From contig NEEC01000125.1 in the NCBI GenBank assembly GCA_002189035.1, forward strand, positions 1 through 46,931: a stretch of 46,931 nt of DNA, in the 5' to 3' direction. A model generated the notes under the pieces. The model saw only the letters and a list, made by a program, of their open reading frames with translations. It was not told the origin of the DNA and ran no database searches. This document shows, piece after piece, positions 33,151 through 43,457 of this stretch; the stretch's first letter is position 1, and every line of letters starts with the position of its first letter. This stretch comes from Utricularia gibba. Its lineage: Eukaryota; Plantae; Magnoliophyta. A program made the translations under genes and the position numbers.

Positions 33151-36100
33151 CTTCAACATTGTTTCCAGATCTCGCTCTGAGGATTGTGGAGAAAAAGCGA
33201 TATCTTGCTATGAGCAGGGAAACAATGTGCCTCCCATTGAACATGTTGGCATGGAACTCCTCTGCCTTTCGAAGTGTGATGAAACTCGGGATCCTGCAAT
33301 TCCTTTTTCACTACTGTAAGCTAGCTTGCCTGGAAAAATACATTTCGAGCTCCGGTTTCTAAAACCAGTGAACAAATCTAATCTCGCTTTCTAGGTATTC
33401 CAGAGACGAATATATTTTCGGACACGCCGTCACCAAGTAGCACTACTATTATTGAAAGTTGGATTCGTACTTCAGGAATCACAAGTTTCAGGAATTGCAG
33501 GAAATCGGAGTTGCCACGCAGTCCCGCTTGTGAATAAGCTGTGTGAAGTGATCAATGTGGAAGCCCACGGACGAGCTAAAGATTTTCTCATGGAACCGCT
33601 CTTCGTCGCAACGTAGAACGGGGTGATTGAGATTGTGAAAGAGATAGTTGATTCGCATCCGGATGCTATCAACTTTAGCGACGACGACGGCACTACTGCG
33701 ATCAAACTAGCCTCGATGCATCGCCGGAGAAAGATATTCGAGTTCCTACAAAAACGCTACGTGCAAGGGGGAAACAACATGTGGCGCGGGTTTTATCGAG
33801 AAAGGAGCAATAATTTGCTGCATTTGGTGGCACGTAATCCGAAACAAAGCTACCATTACTTACCGCGACACCATCTTCGAGATGCGGCGCGAGTTGCTAT
33901 GGTTTCAGGTGATAATGGAATGAAAACATGGAACTCGTCGACTGTATCGCTGTTCTCTTCATCTTGGATCATCCTTATGTCTGTTTTGACTGAGCGGCAA
34001 TACTGATTGTGCTCATTCAATCTTCTTTGTGTCCAGGCAATTGAGGATATAGTGCATCCTTTGCAAAAGATGGGCTTGAATGAAGATAAGAAAACTCCTT
34101 GGGCTGTGTTCCTAGAAGAGCATCGCGAGCTTGTGGAGAAGGAAAAGAACTGGATTCTTTCCATCGTGACTTCATGCTCCTTCGTGGCGTCACTGGTGGC
34201 CACGGTTGCATTCGCAGGAGTTATCACATTTCCCGGCGGCAACAGTCCCGATGGGATGCCGAATTTCAAAAATAGGAGCACGTTCACAGTTTTCATCGAT
34301 TCCAGTAATGCCGCCCTGATCTCCGCCATCGCCACCATCGCAATATTCGTGAACGTATTCACCTCTCCGTTGAGGCCCATGGATTTCATGAGATTGTTGC
34401 CGAATAAAGTGATGTTTGGCCTCATCTTCCTAGCCTTTGCCGTCACCTTCTTGTTGGCAGCCTTTTATGCAAGTCTGATTCTCATCTCAGATCCTCAAAA
34501 ATTCTGCCGGCGAAGCTTCGGATTCTTGTAGTGGTACTGGCAGTCCTGGTTTATGCGGTGATCTATTTCCCATTATATTATCTACATCCATGGAATCGAA
34601 GAAACTAATCGTCGACATCGAATGATCTGGGAGGGGTGAAGACGACGATGCTGCTTCCATGCACTACTACCATGTTGTAACCTCGAATTTCCGAATAATA
34701 ATTTAAAAAATGAAAAAAATCATGGAGTGTTCTTATTCTAACCATTAGACAATATTTAAAAAGAAATGATCTTTGAATACTTACGTTATTTTTCTAAAAT
34801 TCAGAAAAATGCAATAAACTCAGACATTCGGTAATATAATTACTTTATACTGTTTATGAAAATTATAAAAATATTTTTTACTATTTCAAAATCTGATATA
34901 ATTAATCCCTATTATTTCAAATAAAAAAATTATTACTCATTATTTATATAAACAGTTTGGTACAATTATTTTCTTTTTTTTTGAAATAATTGGTATTAAT
35001 AGTTTCCAATCATTAAAAAATTTAATAAAATTAATTTCCAATTGTGTTTAGTTATTTAATAATACAGACTCATTATACAAATGATTTCAAATAGTGGGAA
35101 ACTAAAAATGTTTAACATATAAAATTTTGGGAATTAAGTGTATTTAATATGTCAAACTTTATGAATTAATTATATTCGATATGTGAAACTTTTGAGATAT
35201 ATTTTGTCAATGAGGATAAAATAAAAAATTTATATAAAATGATGAGACTTAGTTTTATCAAAATATTAATCATTAATATTTTTTGATTATTTACTCATTC
35301 AAATTCATGAATAATAGAGCATAAGGAAAATAAAAAACACATGCCAAAATACTAATATTATAACAAAAATGTCTGGTTCTTGTAATGATTATTTCAATAA
35401 TTTGGTAGTATTTTTCTCATAAAACATGATTAAATTTTTCTCCATAGTACATAATTTCCTATTCTATTGTGTTAGAAATAATTCTATTCTTCAAAAAATA
35501 AAATCAATAGAAAGTAATTATTACCGAACATTCTTTGTCATGTTTTATAACGAGTTTCAAGCATAGAGCACATGTGATTTAAGTCCATAGCTTCATGATT
35601 GTGTTTGGTTTTCAATTCTCAAATCCCGTTGGATATGCGGATGCCTTCAATCCCCGCGAGCGCTATTACCATCGGGTTGGTAGGATCAAAGAATGAGCTA
35701 GACTGGATTAAATTAATTTTTGAAAATCATTGAAATCAATTCTATTTATAATTAATTCTATTGGTTTTTTTATTTTTTAATGCATATCAAATTCTATTTT
35801 ACGAGAATTAATTTTTTAAAATCAGTAAATTTGTATAAAAAGCATGAAATGATAATTTTTTTATAATAATTGATTTTCAAGAAACAATTCTAAAATTAAA
35901 ATTATAGTTACATATTTTTTAATAAATAATAAATTGGTAATATGATAAATAATTTATTTATCTTGATTTTTAAAATTTAATTTTAATATAAATATATTTA
36001 AATTAAAATAATAACGTAAATTATAATTTAAAAATTATGAAAATTTTTTATAATATATATGATATATAAAAAATATTTTAAATTATAAATTTTTAAGATA

Positions 36101-37715
36101 TAATTATTAATAAATATGAATAAATATATGATTTATTTATTAAAATTAATTTTTATTTTTTATATTATAAACATGAAATAATTTTATAATTAATCATTTA
36201 AAAATATTTTCAAACATATATAAGTTATTATTATATCAGAACTTTCAATTTTCCAGAAATTAACTTTAGAGTAATGTTTTAAAATGTAACAAGTTTCCCA
36301 CAATCCCGAGGAGCAGCTCTCGTTGGGGAACGGTGGCTTGGAACTTCCTTTCAGCGAAGTAGCCCACAGGTGAAATCCGGTGAACTCCCACCTATACGAT
36401 TACTAACACTACTAGATTAAACATTATAAATTAGAAGATTAACTTTATAAATTATTGAATGTTTTGAATATATGTTTTAATGATTAAATAAAATATTAAT
36501 TGAAAAAATTATAATATTTATTGTTTCATTTATTCCAAAAATATTAAGTTATTCATAATTTAATATATTAAATATATAATATATATTTTTATTTTATTAA
36601 ATTTTATAATATAATTTAGATTATTCTAAAAAATAATTTTGAAATCTCAAATGGATTTTATTCACATAATATAAAACACAATTTCAAATTATAGAAATAT
36701 TCATAGATTCGAGAAATTCAATAATTTATAAAGTTAATTATAGAATCTTAAGTTTTGATTTTATTACATAACTATTAAAGATTAGAATTTTCAAAAATTA
36801 AATAGAATGAATTCAAAAAATTATGAAAACAAAATTGACTCTATAATCGTGTAATGTCTGATGTTTAAAAAACATTAATTTATTCAACATGAATAGTTTT
36901 TTATATTAATTGAATTAAATTCTATTAAATAACAGCTATCACAATTTATTGACTATATTTTTTACCATTTAAAATACTAATAAAGTTATTTGTATGTATA
37001 TATGCTGATTAATTAATTTTAAAAGAAAAAAAAGTGAAAATAGTTTTTTAAAGGGGTTTGTTCTGTTGTCCACTTCTCAAGCTCACTCCCACCGAAGGGA
37101 GCGATCCGACATCTTCATTCTCTCTTTTCTGATGTTAGTGGGGAAGTAGCAAATTTCCATTTTGCCAACTTCTCTTTGTTCTTGGTTTGCAGCCCCTGTG
37201 ATTCTTTTTCTTGCATAGGGATTGGCATTAAAGGGGTTGTGGTTTTTCGTTTTCTTTTTTTTGCTGTTGATTCACTCTCTAGCCTTGGTTGCGACAATGA
37301 CAAGGGAAACTAGATTTAATGAAAGCGAAGTCCTTTATTAGCCATTGTAGCTTCTCTTACTTCTGAATCCGCTGCGTACAATTATGCAATCCGTTTTTAT
37401 TTCTTGAGCAGCGGGAAAAAAAAAAAAAACAAAGGAATGGGTGGAGACATTTATGAGATTGGCGACTGAGTCTGATGGGTAACTTGTTGGTTCCTTTTAG
37501 AAACCTGTAGTGTTCTTTGTGAATTTTTTTTTAGCTTATTTGTAATTTTTTATATGGTTTTTGTAGGTGTTACTTGCATGAATGGTGGAGCTATGTTGCT
37601 CTGAGAGGACTTGATTCATGTTCACTCATGCTTCCTTGTTCTTTATCTAATGAGCTGTTGAAGCCTACTGGCTGAAGGTTTCAAGCTGATAGATTTCATC
37701 CTTTTTGTTGACACG

Positions 37716-40700
37716 ATGGGATTTGAAACCCGAGATGATGACATGGTTGTCACCCAAATTAGTGTTGCTGGACTTGAAGACTATGTTACTGCCAAGATGC
37801 TCTTGGATTATTTTGAGGATAAAATCGGACTTGTATGGAGATGCAGATTGAAAACTTCCTCCACCCCTCCTGATGCATATCCAATTTATGACATTGAGAT
37901 TGGTAGTTCACAAAGAAATAATAACTATGAGAAGGCACAGCGTCATGCATTTCTACATTTTGCAGCTCCACATTCTACGAAAAATGCTCTAGAATCTGCT
38001 AAACGCGGTGAGCTTATTATTGGAGAGAAGCAACTGAAAGTTGGTTTGGGACCCCAAAATCCCCACCGCTTTCATGAAAGGAGAATAACTACTGAACCAT
38101 ATCGGCTGTCTGATGTTTCCCTTGAGATTGGAGTAATGAAGAACCAAGATGAGTTTGTTGTTGGTTGGAGAGGGCCAAACAATGAGGTTGATTTTGTTGT
38201 TGATCCTTACAATGGTTCCTGTAAACTACAATTCACGAAAGATACTGCTTTTTGTGTGAAGGATAAACCAAAAGCCAGACCTCTTGTAATAAGGTGTGAT
38301 TTCAAGGTGGAGTTTTCATCAAGAGAGATACTTGGGATAAAACAATACAGGGATTTTTCCTTTTTGATAATTGTGTTGCAGTTGGCTTCATCACCTTTGA
38401 TATACTACAGAACAGCTGATGATGACATTGAAGATACAGTTCCTTATGATTTGTTAGATGATGATGATCCCTGGATCCGGACAACAGATTTCACTTCAAA
38501 CAGAGTTATAGGTCGATGTAATACATATCGAATTTTTCTGAAGCCACGGAATGGTCCAAAACTCAAGAAAGCCTTGGAGTACCTTCGTCAGAGAAGAGTG
38601 GCTGTACATGATGAATTTCGAGGAAAACTCTTTCAAGTTTTGGATGAGCCTGACTTGCATAGTATGACTACGATCCCTTCTTTTGTTTTCAGCGTGTTGA
38701 AGGAATAGATTTCAAGATTATGTTCTTGGTGAATGCACTGATGCATAAAGGTATTGTCAATTACCATCAGATGCCTGAGGAGTTTTTTGATATGTTGAGA
38801 ACTCAGCCGAATGAGCTCGTTGTAGCTTCACTTACGCACTTGTCTCACTACAAGCATCCTGTTGATAATGCTTTCAAGGCTTTGAAAGCTGTTCAGAAAT
38901 GGCTATCAAGAAATCCTAAACTTCTTGAGAAACGTAATAAACTGGGGGAAAGTATTCATGTCAGGAGATTGATTATTACCCCCACCAGAGCTTATTGTCT
39001 TCCCCCTGAAATAGAACTTTCAAATAGAGTTCTAAGGAAGTATGCAGATGTTGCTGACCGATTCCTAAGAGTCACTTTTACAGATGAAGCAATGCAGACA
39101 CTCAACAAAAATCTTTTAACCCATTACGCTCATCCAATACTAAGAGATAAGACATCATATCCAGTCCCACAAAAGACGACCGTGTTTAATCGAATCAGGA
39201 GTATTACAAAGGATGGATTTTATTTATGTGGGCGGAAGTACTCATTCCTGGCATTTTCAGCAAATCAACTGCGTGACCAATCAGCCTGGTTTTTCGCTGA
39301 AGACAGGAACATTAGTGTGAAGAATATTATGAGCTGGATGGGAAATTTTCCAAATAAGAATGTTGCAAAATTTGCTGCTAGGATGGGCCAATGTTTCTCC
39401 TCCACATATGAAACTGTAGAAGTACCTCCATCAGAAGTTAATTCAGATCTTCGTGATGTAGAAAGAAATGGTTATACATTCTCTGATGGCATAGGCATGA
39501 TTTCAATTGATCTGGCCATGGAAGTTGCCAAGAAACTGCAGTTGGCTCCTGATTTACCCTCTGCTTACCAAATCAGGTATGCTGGTTACAAGGGCGTTGT
39601 TGCGTGCTGGCCTTCCATGGGTGATGGAAAACGCTTAAGCCTAAGGCCCAGCATGAAGAAATTTGAGTCGAAACACACAATGCTGAGATATGTTCATGGA
39701 CTAAATTCCTACCTGGCTTTCTGAATCGGCAAGTCATCACACTTCTCACAGCTTTGGATGTTCCAGGTGATGTATTCTGGGGAATGCAAGAAGGAATGGT
39801 TTCAAAGCTTGATCAAATGCTTGAGGATCCTGGTGTTGCTTTTGATGTCCTCACTGCTTCCTGTGGTGAGCAGGGAAATACAGCAGCACTAATGGTAAGT
39901 ACTGGATTTAAACCCCAAGCTGAAGCTCATCTACGAGGCATGCTGATAAGCATTAGAGCTGCTCAGCTTGGTGATCTTAGACAAAAATCTAGAATTTTCG
40001 TTTCTTCAGGGAGGTGGTTGATGGGTTGCCTAGACGAGCTTGGCATACTTGAGCAGGGTCAGTGCTTCATCCAAGTCTCAAATTCTTCTTTGGAAAAGTG
40101 TTTCATGAAGCATGGATCAACTTTTTCCGACATCAAAAAGAATCTTCTAGTGGTCAAGGGCCTTGTAGCAGTTGCAAAGAATCCATGTCTTCACCCCGGA
40201 GATGTGCGAATTTTGGAGGCAATTGATGTGCCTGGACTGCATCATCTTTATGACTGTCTTGTCTTTCCTCAGAAGGGAGATAGGCCTCATACAAATGAAG
40301 CTTCTGGGAGTGATCTGGATGGAGACGTATACTTTGTCACTTGGGATGAGAATCTCATTCCTCCAAGTAAGAGAAGCTCACCTCCCATGGAGTATACAAC
40401 CCCAAAAGTCGCGGAACTGCCTCGCAATGTCATTCATTCGGTAATCTATTCCGAGATTTCTTGAGATGAATTTTTTTACTCATCAAAGCTTCTTAGAAAC
40501 CTGACCTTGCTTTCTGCTGCATCTTCTTCTGTTGATCCTAAGTGAAGTCATTTGCTTCCTTTACAGGACATAATTGACTTCTTCTCAAGGAACATTGTGA
40601 ATGAGAACCTTGGTACCATCTGCAACGCCCATGTGGTTCATGCAGATCTTAGTGAGGATGGAGCGAAGGATGAGAAATGCCTCAAATTGGCAGAGCTTGC

Positions 40701-41438
40701 GTCCCTTGCAGTTGATTTCCCAAAAACCGGTAAAATCGTGAGCATGCCACCTGAACTGAGGCCAAAGTTGTATCCTGATTTCATGGGGAAAGAAGAATTC
40801 CAAACCTACCGTTCCAGCAAGATTTTAGGCAAGCTCTACCGCAGAATCAAGGAAGCTTATGATGATGAATCAGCACCCCAGAATCAGACCTCCCCTGATG
40901 CCATCACATGGGATCCAGACCTTGTGATTCCTGGTTCAGAAGCTTTCCTACACGATGCATGGCCCTGCAAATGCTCATACGACGGACAACTAATGGGTCT
41001 ACTCTCCCAATACAAAGTGAACCGCGAGGAGGAGGTCGTTACAGGACACATATGGTCGATGCCGAAAACCAGTAGCAAGAAACAAGGGGTCCTCAAGGAC
41101 AGGCTCAGACATGCTTACGATGCACTGAGAAAAGAGTTCAGAGGTGTGTTTGAGAGCATGGGGCCGGAGTTTGAACAACTCCCGGAGGAAGACAGGAGTA
41201 TTGCATACGAAAGAAAAGCATCCGCCTGGTACCAGGTAACGTACCAGGAAAGGTGGGTAATGAAAACAAGGGAGTCTCTGGGAATTGAGGATGCATCAGC
41301 AGCACCAGCAATGCTGAGCTTCCCGTGGATTGCTGCCGACTATCTTGCGCGATTAAGGTCCGAGTTCGAAAACAGCAAAACTCCATCTCCTCTGAGCCGT
41401 TCGATTCTCTTGCCAGGTATCTGGCTGATAAGATTTGA
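37716..41438 (+). CDS. RDR6: RNA-dependent RNA polymerase 6, 2 coding exons (intron ~40441-40567)
   Basis: RDR6-type N-terminus VVTQISVAG...GLVWRCRLKTSSTPPDAYP; AARMGQCFSST, FSDGIG, QIRYAGYKGVV, KNPCLHPGDVR, catalytic SGSDLDGDVYFVTWD. Corrected-frame end ...DSLARYLADKI*. Three apparent 1-bp deletions (~38667, ~39685, ~41352). Confidence 0.95.
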
Positions 41439-42719
41439 CTCACCTTCTCTCGCCATGCTCCATATCCACCTTCCTGTATATTTTGCTTTTACTAAAACAT
41501 TTGGGTTGTTTTTTTTTTCATAAATGTTTTTAAGAATTCGAAAATATCATCTAATTTTCCTTATATTCAGGGGAATATGTTTTAATTAGAATAATTATGA
41601 TTATCAAAAAATTCATTAAATATCATGATTTATTTTTGCTTTTTTATGTTAATTGGTATTTTGAGTGTGTCGTGATAATTGTCTCTCTTTTATTATAAAG
41701 AAAACAATTAAAAAATTCTAAATGAATAAAATATAATTTTTTATGTTAAAAAATTATTTTTTATGTAATAACAGCATTGAATTAATACCATCAATAATAT
41801 GGGTGATTGAAATCATTGATGTACAAGATAAATGGTTATTTTTAGTATTTATTAAATATTAAAATAAAAAATTAGTATTGAAAAAATAATAATAGAAGAT
41901 TAGAGTAATATTATGGAAAATTTTTAAATATTATTTTTACTTTTAAAAAAGTATAAATTAGAAGTATATTTTTTTGAAAAAGTAGAAACATAAATGGTAT
42001 TGACAAATTGGAATGGAGATCAGAAGTCAAAGGGTGAAAAATATTTTTAAAAATCTGATGGAAAAAAATAGAAATGATAATAAAATAGTTTTTTTATTAT
42101 TTTACTTATGATTCATTTGTAATTACACCTAAAAATTATTTTAATCAAAAATATAAAAAGTAAAATTATTTTTATAAAATTTTTAAAACAATTTTTACTT
42201 TTAAAAAGTAAAATAATTTTAATTTAGTACATCAAATTTTTAATTTAGTTCTATCAAAAAATATTTTAGTATTGCACTTTAAAAATAGTTTTGAAACAGT
42301 AGAGAAGAACTACTTTTATCTTATTTCTATTTTTTTTAATATGAATCCTTAAAAATTTTCACAATTTTCTACAATAATCTTTTTTTATTTTATTTTATAA
42401 ATTATTTTACTTCTATTTTTTACTTTTTCAAAAGTAAAAAGAGGTTTAAATTTTTCTAGAACAATTCCTAAGTATTTTATACAAAATTATTTTTGATAAA
42501 AACAGAAAAAAACATTCAAAATCTTCCAAAATACAATTCTAAACTATTTTAGTAAAAAAAATTAAAATGAATATAAAATAATATAATAATCCCCGTTTGT
42601 TTGCAGATAGATAGAGTAGGGCGTACATTTATGTGGGCCGAGCACATCTTATCATCGAGCCGGCCCATTACCATCCCGTTACGATCAATATACACGAGAC
42701 TTGGTGACGTATGTCATCA

Positions 42720-43457
42720 TCATATGCTGGAGTGGAGGTCTTCGCCATTTGTGAATGGAAGCTGCGCATCCTCCCAATCCAAGAGGAGCAGCTCCTCCAC
42801 CATCTGCGTTGCAAGTTTGCTCTCTTCGGTTGCTGCCACGTTGCTCGGCTGAGACGACGCGACGTCTGCGGCTCTCGTTCTTCTCTTGAGCTCCACCTTC
42901 ATCACCCACTGCGAACCCGACTGCCGGCCTGCCCTCTTCTGCCACACTCCTATGTTGGAATCGTCGTTGTCCAGCTTCAAACATGTCACTGATGGCGCTG
43001 GATTCTTGCAACTCTTCCTCAGTTTTTCTCCCAGAACCTCAGACAACCTGCACCCAGAATGGAATCAGGGTTGGGTTTGTAACAGGAATAGATCGTTTTG
43101 TGGGTTATACTATTCTGACCTCGTTACTGTGGATTCGGTCTCCTTCCCACCGCCACCGCCCACCGGGAAATTGGTCTTAGCATTCTGACCAATCATCAAC
43201 ACTGCGGCTTCGTCGTAGGCCCTCGCGGCAGCCTCCGCCGTCTCAAACGTCCCCAGCCATATCCTCTTCTTCCTACACCACCGCCAGTACAAAGCATCGG
43301 ATCACTTGGGAGCACTTGATCACACAATGCAACGCAAATGCAATAAATATCGAGAGCAAGGAAACGAAGGGAAATACAGTAAAGGATGGCGGATCTCAGC
43401 GACCCAAGAGCCCCACTGGCGCTGCCTGACACCTCTGAGCTTGGTCGAGTGTACCAT
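42720..43457 (-). CDS. SHN: SHINE/WIN1-clade AP2/ERF transcription factor, 3 exons (43457-43378, 43272-43120, 43047-42720)
   Basis: [53 protein letters not shown]...AKTNFP; middle motif [33 protein letters not shown]...WVMKVEL; C-terminal motif [10 protein letters not shown]. Clade-level call; paralog number not resolved. Confidence 0.9.

Larger units (their letters stand above)
30711..33158 (-). mobile_element. Truncated and rearranged Ty1/copia LTR retrotransposon, 2448 bp: RT-RNase H, PPT, complete 3' LTR, 9-bp stub of the 5' LTR
   Basis: RNase H (SDADWA...RRSTTGY...ISWSSKKQHTVSRSSTEVEYRAMA...CDNLSA...KHIEVDYHFVRE...QLADLFTK); RT with YVDD. TTGTT TSD at 30706-30710 and 33159-33163; empty site GGCTCTTGTTTCCAG in copy 2. 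No gag, protease or integrase seen. Confidence 0.93.
29652..34608 (+). pseudogene. Ankyrin-repeat PGG-domain gene, copy 3, pseudogene
   Basis: Closely similar to copy 2 but with a solo LTR inside the ankyrin exon, a copia insertion at an intron 3' end, and CAG>TAG nonsense in the ATQNG motif (33614-33616). These lesions cannot be homopolymer errors. Confidence 0.9.
24164..35693 (+). repeat. Head-to-tail segmental duplication: unit 1 ~24164-28754, unit 2 ~28806-35693 (enlarged by two retroelement insertions)
   Basis: Collinear homology of promoters (e.g. TTCAAAAGGCATCACTA, CCAACACCTCACCAAATACAATATACATCCACTA), genes and 3' flanks (ending GGGTTGGTAGGATCAAAGAA in both units). Confidence 0.9.

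Noticed and set aside
1051-41352. Programmed ribosomal frameshifting or insertional RNA editing to explain the recurrent missing bases
   Set aside because: No shared slippery or stimulatory motif, unrelated genes are affected, and such editing is not known in plant nuclear mRNAs. Sequencing error is far simpler.
30711-41438. Functional link between the hairpin locus and the neighbouring RDR6 gene
   Set aside because: RDR6 acts in trans and fold-back RNA does not need it. Proximity is most simply coincidence; nothing in the sequence links them.
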